This document shows positions 27,916 through 35,773 of a stretch of 64,000 bases of DNA, in pieces (the stretch's first letter is position 1; each line of letters opens with the position of its first letter). Below the pieces are notes generated by a model. That model saw nothing but the letters and a program-made list of their open reading frames with translations, ran no database searches and had not been told where the DNA came from. The stretch is from NCBI GenBank assembly GCA_050953005.1, contig JBMNLV010000013.1, forward strand, positions 29,465 to 93,464, given 5' to 3'. The position numbers and the translations under genes are program-made. The DNA comes from Christensenellales bacterium. GTDB lineage: Bacteria; Bacillota; Clostridia; Christensenellales; Aristaeellaceae.

Positions 27916-28345
27916 GTAAGCGTCAAACGCTTTTCTTTACTCTACATTCTTCTGGCGCGTTAATCAGCAACATTCCCGCTATCTGCTCCTCTACGCTCAG
28001 GTCCAGTTTTGGCGCCTCATGCATCCATCAGCCAAGCCAGGTAACGATAGGGATCCAGGCCGTTTTCTTTGCGGTTTCAACCATACTATAAATGACGGCA
28101 CTGGCTTCCGCGCCCTTGGGCACATTGGCGAACAGAAAATTCTTCCGGCCCATCACAAAGGGTTTGATGCTGCGTTCAGCCCGATTGTTGCTGATTTCAA
28201 GCCTGCTATCCTGCAGATAGTTGAGCAAAATGGGCTCAGCCAGATCCTTCCGCTTTCGCAGACGTTCTTCCGGCGGCAAGCTGCTGATCTCATTTTCAAT
28301 GGCAAACAGGCTGTTGCAATACTGCTTCCCGCGAAGAACTTAAAG
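27916..28345 (-). pseudogene. IS66-family transposase remnant (C-terminal part plus terminal inverted repeat)
   Basis: Hand translation: RGKQYCNSLFAIENEISSLPPEERLRKRK...LQDSRLEISNNRAERSIKPFVMGRKNFLFANVPKGAEASAVIYSMVETAK, then with frameshifts NGLDPYRYLAWLMDA and HEAPKLDLSVEEQIAGMLLINAPEECR. The element ends with ...cgcttac (plus strand gtaagcg at 27916), the GTAAGC terminus typical of IS66 IRs. Confidence 0.75.
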
Positions 28346-28464
28346 AACTTTAAGAAACCATAAGATATTGTTAATAGTCTTACGATTTCAACACATCTGC
28401 CGGTGTCGTAGAATAGCATACGCTGCAGGCTTGCAAACCTGAATCAGCGGTTTATAATGATTTT

Positions 28465-28908
28465 ATGATACATCTTCTCGCGTTCGTGGCGCTGGGTACG
28501 GTTGTCTGCGACCTTGCGCTCAAACTGGTTCCCCTGGGCGAACAGCGTGTGCTGCTGCCCGGTGTGCTGGGGCTGGCTTACGCGCAAAACCGCGGCGTGG
28601 CCTTTGGCCTGCTGAACCAAAGCCCCCTTGTCAGTCTGCTGGTCTCCCTGGCGCTGGTGCTGCTGGGCGGCGCCTGCGCGCGCGGGCTGCGCCTTACGCG
28701 CCCGGAGGCGCTGGGCGCGGGCCTGATGCTGGGCGGCGCGCTGGGCAACCTGACGGACCGCGCGCTGCATGGCGCGGTCAGCGATTACCTGCAGCTGCTG
28801 CTGTTCCGTTTTCCGCTGTTCAACCTGGCCGACGCCTGCCTGACCCTGGGGGCCCTGCTGCTGGCGCTTTGCGCGCTGCTGCCGGGCGGGAAGGCGCGCC
28901 ATGTCTGA
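28465..28908 (+). CDS. lspA: lipoprotein signal peptidase II
   Basis: 147 aa, four TM segments, NRGVAFG and FNLAD motifs characteristic of LspA. 8-nt overlap with rluD. Confidence 0.85.
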   Translation: MIHLLAFVALGTVVCDLALKLVPLGEQRVLLPGVLGLAYAQNRGVAFGLLNQSPLVSLLVSLALVLLGGACARGLRLTRPEALGAGLMLGGALGNLTDRALHGAVSDYLQLLLFRFPLFNLADACLTLGALLLALCALLPGGKARHV

Positions 28909-29812
28909 GATTCGCGCGAGGGGCAGCGGAGAACGCCTGGATGTGCTGTTGGCCGCGCAGGGCCTCAGCCGCTCCCAGGCGGCCCGGCTGATCCGGGAGG
29001 GCCGGGCGCGCGTCAAGGGGATTGTGGTGACAAAGCCATCTTTTATCCCAAATATCGGGGATGAAGTGGTGTTGAACCGGCCGGAACCCCTGAAATCCGA
29101 GGCGCAGGCGGAGGACATTCCTATCTGCGTGCTGTATGAGGATGAGGCGCTGGCGGTTGTTGACAAGCCGGCCGGGCTGGTGGTGCATCCCGCGGCGGGC
29201 AAGCCTGACGGCACCCTGGTCAACGCGCTGCTGTTCCACCTTGACAGCCTGTCGGGCATCGGCGGGCAAAAACGCCCGGGCATCGTTCACAGGCTGGACA
29301 AGGACACCTCGGGGCTGATGCTCATCGCCAAGAACGACCGCGCCCACCTGGCGCTGTCCCGCGCGCTGGCGCAGCGGGAGATCAAAAAGCACTACCTGGC
29401 GGTGGTCGCCGGGCAGATGAAGGAAGCTGCGGGGTTCTATGACGGCCCCATCGCCAGAAGCCCCCGGGACCGCAAGAAAATGGCTGTGGTGCCCGGCGGG
29501 CGGGACGCGCTGACCCATTGGCGGCTGGTGCGCCAGGATGAAAAAAGCGCGCTGGTGCTCATTCGCTTGGTCACCGGGCGCACCCACCAGATCCGCGTGC
29601 ATTTTTCAAACGCCCACCACCCGGTGATGGGCGACCCGATCTATGGCCACAAGGGCCTGCCGGCCGCGCCGCGGCTGATGCTGCACGCCTGCGCCCTGGG
29701 CTTCACTCATCCCGTGACCCAGGAGCCCATGGTTTTCACCGCCATGCCGGAGGCTGCCTTTGGCGTGACGGATGAGGATACACTAAAAGGGCTCTGTGAA
29801 AGCCCTTTATAA
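28901..29812 (+). CDS. rluD: RluA-family 23S rRNA pseudouridine synthase (RluD-like, with S4 domain)
   Basis: 303 aa. N-terminal S4-like RLDVLLA...SRSQAARLI, catalytic HRLDKDTSGLMLIAKN, and GRTHQIRVH motif. Confidence 0.85.
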   Translation: MSEIRARGSGERLDVLLAAQGLSRSQAARLIREGRARVKGIVVTKPSFIPNIGDEVVLNRPEPLKSEAQAEDIPICVLYEDEALAVVDKPAGLVVHPAAGKPDGTLVNALLFHLDSLSGIGGQKRPGIVHRLDKDTSGLMLIAKNDRAHLALSRALAQREIKKHYLAVVAGQMKEAAGFYDGPIARSPRDRKKMAVVPGGRDALTHWRLVRQDEKSALVLIRLVTGRTHQIRVHFSNAHHPVMGDPIYGHKGLPAAPRLMLHACALGFTHPVTQEPMVFTAMPEAAFGVTDEDTLKGLCESPL

Positions 29813-29843
29813 TATGATTATTTGTGGGATTTGGCAGTATCTG

Positions 29844-30638
29844 TCAACCCAGCATCATGCGGTCGCTGACCAGCTCCTCGCCTGAACGCAGGGAGAACAT
29901 CTGCACGAGCTGTTCGACAGTCAGGCTTTTTTTCTCCTTGCCTTTCACATCCAGAATAATCCTGCCCTGGCTCATCATGATCAGGCGGTTGCCGTGCTGA
30001 ATGGCATCGCGCATGTTGTGGGTGACCATGAGGCAGGTCAGGTTCATGCTGGAGATAAAGTGGTCGGACAGCTCCAGCACCTTGCGCGCGGTCTTGGGGT
30101 CCAGGGCCGCGGTGTGCTCGTCCAGCAGCAGCAGCTTGGGCGTCTTGAGGATGGCCATCAGCAGGGTCAGCGCCTGGCGCTGGCCGCCGGAGAGCATGCG
30201 CACCTTGGTGGACATGCGATCCTGAAGATCCAGGTCCAGCTCGGCCAGGCGCTGGTGGAACAGGACTTTATCCTGGGCGCTCACGCCCCAGGCCAACCCC
30301 CGGGGCTTGCCCCGGAGAGCGGCCATGGCCAGGTTTTCCTGGATTTCCATGTCTGCGGCGGTGCCCATGAGGGGATCCTGAAACACCCGGCCCAGGTCAG
30401 CTGCCCGGCGGTGCTCCGGCAGGTGGTCAATGCGCTGGCCGTCCAGGAAAATGCTCCCGCTGTCCTGGCGGTGCACCCCGGAAACAACATTGAGCAGGGT
30501 GGACTTGCCCGCGCCGTTTCCGCCGATGAGGGTGACAAAATCTCCCGGCAAGAGATGCAGGTTGATGTTGTCCAGGGCAAGCCGGGCGTTGATGGTGCCC
30601 GGGCTGAACGTCTTGTTCAAGCCGGTGATCTGAAGCAT
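29844..30638 (-). CDS. ABC transporter ATP-binding protein (partner of the BPD_transp_2 permease and ABC_sub_bind-type SBP)
   Basis: 264 aa. Walker A GGNGAGKST, signature LSGGQRQAL, Walker B LLLLDEHTAALD. Confidence 0.85.
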   Translation of the reverse strand: MLQITGLNKTFSPGTINARLALDNINLHLLPGDFVTLIGGNGAGKSTLLNVVSGVHRQDSGSIFLDGQRIDHLPEHRRAADLGRVFQDPLMGTAADMEIQENLAMAALRGKPRGLAWGVSAQDKVLFHQRLAELDLDLQDRMSTKVRMLSGGQRQALTLLMAILKTPKLLLLDEHTAALDPKTARKVLELSDHFISSMNLTCLMVTHNMRDAIQHGNRLIMMSQGRIILDVKGKEKKSLTVEQLVQMFSLRSGEELVSDRMMLG

Positions 30639-30640
30639 GG

Positions 30641-31537
30641 CTACTTCCCTCCCCTGGCGCTGGCGCCGTTCTTCTCCCAGATGGTTTTTAAGCGGGGCAG
30701 GGACAGGGCCAGGGCTACGGTGATGGCGGTGAAGAGCTTCAGGTCATCGGCGGGCATGCCCATGCGCAGCACAAGGGCGATGATCAGCCGGTAGGTGATG
30801 GCGCCCACGATCAGGGAGATGAGCCGCGCCAGGAAGTGCCGCTGGCCCATGATGACCTCGCCGATGATCAGAGAGGCCAGGCCAATCACAATGGCGCCGA
30901 TGCCCATTTGCACATCGGCAAAGCCCTGGTCCTGGGCGATGAGGCCCCCTGAGAGCGCCACCAGGGCGTTGGCCAGCATGAGCCCCAGGATCAGGGTGGT
31001 GTCGGTGTTCACCCCCTGGGCCCTGACCATGTGCGGGTTGTTGCCGGTGGCCCGGATAGCGCTGCCTATCTGGGTGCCGAAGAACCAATAGAGCAAAAAG
31101 GCCAGGCCCAGGGCGAGGACGCTGCTCAAAAGGATCGTGGCCAGCGATTTATTCAGGCCCAGCAGCCCGCCTACCAGGGAGAAGGCGGTTGGGATACGCA
31201 ACAGGGGCAGGTTGGCCACGCCCATGATTTTCAGGTTGACGGAATACAGGGCAATCATGGTGAGGATGCCGGAAAGCAGGGCCGGGATGCGCAGCTTGGT
31301 GTGCAGAAGGCCGGTGACCAGCCCTGCCAGCGCGCCCGCCACCAGACAGAAGAGCAGGGACAGGTAGGGGTTCAGGCCCCGGCCCATCAGGCTGGCGCAG
31401 ACCGCGGCCCCCAGGGTGATGCTGCCCTCAACGGACAGGTCTGCCACATCCAAGACCCGGTAGGAGATATAGACTCCCATGGTCATAACGGACCAGATCA
31501 GGCCAAGGGACAGGGCGTTCAGCAGTATATATTCCAT
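30641..31537 (-). CDS. ABC transporter permease (BPD_transp_2 family)
   Basis: 298 aa multi-TM ORF between the SBP and ATPase genes. The long plus-strand ORF 31031..32593 is its antisense shadow. Confidence 0.85.
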   Translation of the reverse strand: MEYILLNALSLGLIWSVMTMGVYISYRVLDVADLSVEGSITLGAAVCASLMGRGLNPYLSLLFCLVAGALAGLVTGLLHTKLRIPALLSGILTMIALYSVNLKIMGVANLPLLRIPTAFSLVGGLLGLNKSLATILLSSVLALGLAFLLYWFFGTQIGSAIRATGNNPHMVRAQGVNTDTTLILGLMLANALVALSGGLIAQDQGFADVQMGIGAIVIGLASLIIGEVIMGQRHFLARLISLIVGAITYRLIIALVLRMGMPADDLKLFTAITVALALSLPRLKTIWEKNGASARGGK

Positions 31538-31594
31538 GGTCTTCCTTTACTGCCCCGCCCCAAGCGGGGCGGGGCGATGGTTAATGGGGATGCG

Positions 31595-32569
31595 TCAGAA
31601 GGACTGGGCAAATGGCAGCAGGTCCTCCGGAATCTCAAGGCCAATGGCCTCGCAGTAGCTTTTGTTGATCAGGTACTCAAACTCCGTCTGGCTCTGGATG
31701 GGCATGGCGGATACCTTGGCCTTGCCCTGGAGCAGCTGAGCCGCCATGTGGCCGGTCTGTTCCCCCAGGCGGAAGTAATTGATGCCCAGGGTGAAGGTGC
31801 CGCCGGAGCGCACCTGGCCCTCCTCGCCGCAGGCTACCGGGATCCCCTTGTCCTGGGCGGCCTGGGCCACCAGGGGCATGGAGGAGGCAATGATGTTGTC
31901 CGTAGGCACATAGATGGCGTCTACCTGATCAAGGAGACTTGTGACAGCCTGCTGGACATCATTGGAGGTAGTAACGGTCAATTCTACCACATTGAGGGCA
32001 AGGTCTTCCAGAGCTTCCTTGGCAAGCCTGGCCTGAATCTGGGAATTGATCTCGCTGCCGGTGTAGAGCAGGCCCACCCGCCGGGCATCCGGCACCAGGC
32101 GGTGCAGCATGGCGATCTGTTCCGCTACCGGGTTCATGTCGGTGGTGCCCGATACGTTGAGCCCCGGGGACTCATTGCTGTTGATGAGCTTGGCCGCCAC
32201 ATAGTCTGTCACAGCGGTGCCCAGGATGGGGATGCTGTCCGTCCTGCCGGCCAGGGCCAGGACGGCCGGGGTGGCGATGCCCAGGGCCAGGTCCACCTTG
32301 TCGGCCACGAACATGTCCGCGATGCTGGCGCACAGATCCTGGCTGGCCTGGCCGTTTTGATAGGAGATGCGGATGTTTTTGCTGTCCTCATAGCCCTCTT
32401 CGGCCAAAGCTTTCAAAAAGCCTTCCCGGGCCGCGTCCAGGGCGGGGTGCTGCACGAACTGCAGGATGCCCACGGACAGCTGCTTTTTGGGCTGGAACAC
32501 CAGATAGCCGACCACCGCCAGCGCGAGAACCAGCACCAGGATTATCAGTCCCTTTGTTTTCTTTTTCAT
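31595..32569 (-). CDS. ABC transporter substrate-binding protein (ABC_sub_bind / TrpX-HisX-like family), paralogue 1
   Basis: 324 aa with TM/signal anchor MKKKTKGLIILVLVLALAVVGYL. VGILQFVQHPALDAAREGF... pattern. Preceded by a T-box leader. Confidence 0.85.
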   Translation of the reverse strand: MKKKTKGLIILVLVLALAVVGYLVFQPKKQLSVGILQFVQHPALDAAREGFLKALAEEGYEDSKNIRISYQNGQASQDLCASIADMFVADKVDLALGIATPAVLALAGRTDSIPILGTAVTDYVAAKLINSNESPGLNVSGTTDMNPVAEQIAMLHRLVPDARRVGLLYTGSEINSQIQARLAKEALEDLALNVVELTVTTSNDVQQAVTSLLDQVDAIYVPTDNIIASSMPLVAQAAQDKGIPVACGEEGQVRSGGTFTLGINYFRLGEQTGHMAAQLLQGKAKVSAMPIQSQTEFEYLINKSYCEAIGLEIPEDLLPFAQSF

Positions 32570-32609
32570 GTTGTCTTCCTCCGTTTGCGTTAATGTCTGG
32601 CCCTTGCGG

Positions 32610-32860
32610 AAAAAAACGCCCCCTGCGCTTGCAGAGGGCGGATCTACCGCGGTACCACCTCAATTTTCTGTCAACAGACAGCTCAGCGGCAACTGACATT
32701 GCCTGCCCGGGTAACGGTGGGCTTCCGGCACAGCCTACTGTAATTCAGCCTGCGGCTCGCGGGATGTACTCGCCGTCCTGTCCCCCTGCTGCCTTGCACC
32801 ATCCGGCAGTTCTCTTGCGGGGAGCTGGGATGACTACCTGTTCCCGGTCAACACCGTTGC
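32610..32860 (-). promoter_or_regulatory. T-box riboswitch leader 1 (candidate UAC/Tyr specifier)
   Basis: Minus-strand RNA shows a GA/K-turn base (GGUGuUGACCGG ... CCGGAAGCCACC), AG bulge AGAGA and distal loop GGUGCAA. The specifier region is GAAUUACAG (rc of 32738-32746) and the T-box sequence UUGAGGUGGUACCGCGG (rc of 32647-32663). The terminator is CGCCCUCUGC-AAGC-GCAGGGGGCG plus U7 (32610-32640). Confidence 0.85.
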
Positions 32861-33019
32861 AGCAATATTAAGCTTGCATACAAAAAGCCTCAATGTCAAA
32901 TCTGGTAGAATCCAGTGCAAATCGAGAGAAAACAACTCAAAAACAAAAGCTCCGCACCGCGCAGGTTTTCTTGACCATGCCACGTTTGATGGGTATGATG
33001 TCGTTGTTTGGAGGTTTCT

Positions 33020-34036
33020 ATGAAGAAGCGATGGATTCTTTTCCTGTGCGTGCTGGCGCTGTTCAGCCTGGCAGTGTCTGCGCGTGCACAGGAATATACA
33101 GCCAGCGTCATAGGAGGCGCGCTGCATCTGCGCGCGCAGGCGGACAAGGAAGCGAAATCCCTGGGCCGCTACAGGACCGGCACCAAGGTCAGCGTGCTGG
33201 CTGACGGCGAGGTTTTCTGCCGGGTTAAAACGCCCGACGGCAAGGAAGGATACATGATGAAGGAGTTTCTGGAATTCAGCGATGGCCTGCCGCCCCGCGA
33301 GGAGCCTGACCCCGGCCCGGCGCCTGCAGCTGACCCGGTCAGGCAAAGCGCGCTCGACCGCGGCATTGATCCCTACAGGCCCATGCTGGCCCTCACCTTT
33401 GATGACGGCCCCCATCCCGATTCGCTGCTGGTTTTGGAAGCCCTGGAGGCCCATGGCGCGCGGGGCACCTTCTTCGTGCTGGGAAAGAACATCCAGGGCA
33501 ATGAGGAGATCCTCAGGCGCATTGCCCAGGGCGGCCATCAGATTGGCGCGCACTCCTGGTCCCATCCCAACCTGCGGGAGATCTCCCAGTCCGCCGTGAA
33601 ATCGCAAATGACGCGCACCATGGACAAAATAATTGAAATTACCGGCCAGCAGGTCAGCATGATGCGGCCGCCCTACGGCGCTTTAAACCGCCTGTCCCGC
33701 AATACGATTGCCAAATTGGGCCTGCCGGTGATCCTGTGGTCTGTAGATTCCCTGGACTGGAAGACCCGCAGCGCCAGCAGAACCATCGACACCATCCTCT
33801 CCCAGGCCAAAAACGGGGCGATCATCCTCTGTCACGATGTCTGGGACAGCACCGGCCGGGCGATGCAGACCGTGGTGCCTGCGCTGATCGAAAAGGGATA
33901 CCAGCTGGTCACGGTGGCAGAGATGATGTCCTTTCGCAATGAGCCTTTGAAACCGGGCTGGGAATACAGCTATTTGGACATCGCGAAAATTGCGCCCGGG
34001 CTGACGCCCGCGCCGCAGGACACGCCGGCGCCCTGA
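33020..34036 (+). CDS. secreted polysaccharide deacetylase (NodB domain) with N-terminal SH3-like domain
   Basis: Signal peptide MKKRWILFLCVLALFSLAVSARA (GGAGG RBS upstream). SH3b-like GALHLRAQADKEAKSLGRYRTGTKVSVL. NodB motifs LTFDDGP and HSWSHP. Confidence 0.85.
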   Translation: MKKRWILFLCVLALFSLAVSARAQEYTASVIGGALHLRAQADKEAKSLGRYRTGTKVSVLADGEVFCRVKTPDGKEGYMMKEFLEFSDGLPPREEPDPGPAPAADPVRQSALDRGIDPYRPMLALTFDDGPHPDSLLVLEALEAHGARGTFFVLGKNIQGNEEILRRIAQGGHQIGAHSWSHPNLREISQSAVKSQMTRTMDKIIEITGQQVSMMRPPYGALNRLSRNTIAKLGLPVILWSVDSLDWKTRSASRTIDTILSQAKNGAIILCHDVWDSTGRAMQTVVPALIEKGYQLVTVAEMMSFRNEPLKPGWEYSYLDIAKIAPGLTPAPQDTPAP

Positions 34037-34066
34037 ACGGAGCGGTGAACGGGGAAAGCAATACTG

Positions 34067-34220
34067 ATTCCAATCTTCATTGCATCGTCGCGCCGGATCT
34101 TTGATCGCCCTGCTGCGTCAGTCAACCTCAACGCAGCTAAAGCTACGCCGTCGGTTTCCTTCCTTGCGGGACAATTAAATCCCTCGCCGCTTTGGATGCA
34201 ATAAAGCTTTACATCGGTAT
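34067..34220 (+). repeat. interspersed repeat family A, copy 3 (uninterrupted)
   Basis: attccaatcttcattgcatcgtcgcgccggatctttgatcgccc...ccctcgccgctttggatgcaataaagctttacatcggtat. Its 3' end matches the sequence obtained by joining the two flanks of the IS at 6331/7945. Confidence 0.65.
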
Positions 34221-34223
34221 AAG

Positions 34224-34259
34224 ACAGGCTGCCGCGCTCGCTTTGGCGCGGCAGCCTGT
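34224..34259. terminator. strong GC hairpin between convergent genes (terminator-like)
   Basis: acaggctgccgcgc-tcgctttg-gcgcggcagcctgt: a perfect 14-bp stem with no adjacent U run on either strand. Confidence 0.45.
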
Positions 34260-34282
34260 TAGTGATTCGGATTTTTATGCTA

Positions 34283-35278
34283 TTATTTGGGCACAGGGGT
34301 GGCCGGCATCTCCGCCTCGTAGGGCTTGAGATCCTCTGGAATCACGATGCCCATGGCGTCATTGGCGGTCTTGTTGATGTAATAATTATACTGGCTCTGG
34401 CTCTGGATGGGCATGGTGGAGACTTTCGCCCCGTCCCGCAGCACGGCCACGGCCATCTTGCCGGTCTGGTAGCCCAGCATATCATAGTCGATAGCCAGGG
34501 TGAAATTGCCGCCTGCCATGACCATGTTGCCGTCTCCCGCCACTACGGGCACCTTTTTCTTCAGGGCCGCTTCATACACCAGGGGCATGGCGGAGGCCAG
34601 GGTGTTGTCCGTGGGGATGTAAATCGCGTCCACATCCATCACCAGGGAGCTGACGGTCTGCTGCACCTCGTTGGAGCTGTTGACAGTGACCTCCTTCCAG
34701 GCAAGGCCCAGGCGCTGGATTTCCTCCTTGGCCAGGCGCGCCTGCATCTGGGAGTTGACCTCGCTGGCGGTATAAATCAGGCCGATGGTCCGGACCCCGG
34801 GCACCAGGCGGACGATCATGCCTACCTGGGCTTCCACCGGGTTCATGTCCGTGGTGCCGGAGACATTGTAGCCCGGCGCTTCGTTGGACTTGGCCAGCTT
34901 GGCCTCCACATAGTCGGTGATGGCCGTGCCCAGGATGGGGATGGTGTCGGTCTTGGCGGCGACCGCCTGGGCGGAGGGCGTGGCGATGGCCAGGATCAGA
35001 TCCACCCCTTGCCCCACAAAGTAGGAGGCGATGCTGGAGAGGGTATCCTGGCTGCCTTGGGCGTTGCGGTAATCCACCGTGATGTTTTTGCCATCCTTAT
35101 AGCCATCCTCAGCCAGAGCCCTCAAAAAGCCTTCCCTTGCCGCGTCAAGCGCCTTATGGTTGACAATTTGAACGATGCCCACGACCACCTTCTTCTCCTT
35201 TTTTGTCAGGGACACCACGGCGACTATGATAGCCGCTACCAGCACCAGGGCGATCAACACCTTTGTGATGCGGTTCAT
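34283..35278 (-). CDS. ABC transporter substrate-binding protein (ABC_sub_bind family), orphan paralogue 2
   Basis: Start chosen at MNRITKVLIALVLVAAIIVAVV (ATG 35278, GGAGGA RBS). The track ORF start at 35347 would lie inside the T-box terminator. Clearly paralogous to 31595..32569 along the full length, with no permease or ATPase gene next to it. Confidence 0.85.
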   Translation of the reverse strand: MNRITKVLIALVLVAAIIVAVVSLTKKEKKVVVGIVQIVNHKALDAAREGFLRALAEDGYKDGKNITVDYRNAQGSQDTLSSIASYFVGQGVDLILAIATPSAQAVAAKTDTIPILGTAITDYVEAKLAKSNEAPGYNVSGTTDMNPVEAQVGMIVRLVPGVRTIGLIYTASEVNSQMQARLAKEEIQRLGLAWKEVTVNSSNEVQQTVSSLVMDVDAIYIPTDNTLASAMPLVYEAALKKKVPVVAGDGNMVMAGGNFTLAIDYDMLGYQTGKMAVAVLRDGAKVSTMPIQSQSQYNYYINKTANDAMGIVIPEDLKPYEAEMPATPVPK

Positions 35279-35294
35279 ACCTGTTCCTCCTTCT

Positions 35295-35552
35295 ATAAAA
35301 TGAAACGCCCTCTGCATTCGCAGAGGGCGGATATACCGCGGTACCACCTCAATTTCCTGTCATTCGACAGCTCAGGGCAACCAACATTGCCTTCCCTGTT
35401 AACGGCAGGGGCCCGGCACAGCCTACTTCATGTTCAGCCTGCGGCTCGCGGGAGGAACTCACCTGTCCTGATCCCTGCGCCCCTCTCACCATTGGGCGCT
35501 CGCTTTGAGGGATGTCAGACCGCTACACGTTCCCGGTCATCACCATTGCAGG
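35295..35552 (-). promoter_or_regulatory. T-box riboswitch leader 2 (specifier differs from leader 1; candidate AUG/Met)
   Basis: Same scaffold as leader 1: GGUGaUGACCGGG, AG bulge AAGCGA, distal loop GGUGAGA, specifier region GAACAUGAAG (rc of 35426-35435), and T-box UUGAGGUGGUACCGCGG (rc of 35336-35352). The terminator is CGCCCUCUGC-GAAU-GCAGAGGGCG (35306-35329). Confidence 0.85.
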
Positions 35553-35773
35553 CATCATAGGGCACTCGCGCGCGGGCTTCAATGTGGAAAATGGTTGAAA
35601 TATAAAGCGAACAACAGAAAAACAAGAAAAAAACATTCGGACCCCGGATGAAAGATCAGCCATAAAAGCTTAAAAGGAAAATCAAGAACACTCTCTTAAA
35701 GTTTCTCCCATTCAGATCATCCTTTCAGGCGGTTTCGCCCGATGTGTCCCCTTCTTTGCTGTGGATGCCACCA

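Noticed and set aside
18075-28345. The two IS66 fragments as one IS split by insertion of the island
   Set aside because: On the minus strand the C-terminal fragment would have to sit at the lower coordinates. The observed order is the reverse, so two separate copies or a recombination product are needed.
35426-35435. UGA or CAU as the specifier of T-box leader 2
   Set aside because: UGA is a stop codon. CAU (His) conflicts with the UGGU bulge, which predicts an A73 discriminator, whereas bacterial tRNA-His normally has C73. I kept it only as a stated alternative.
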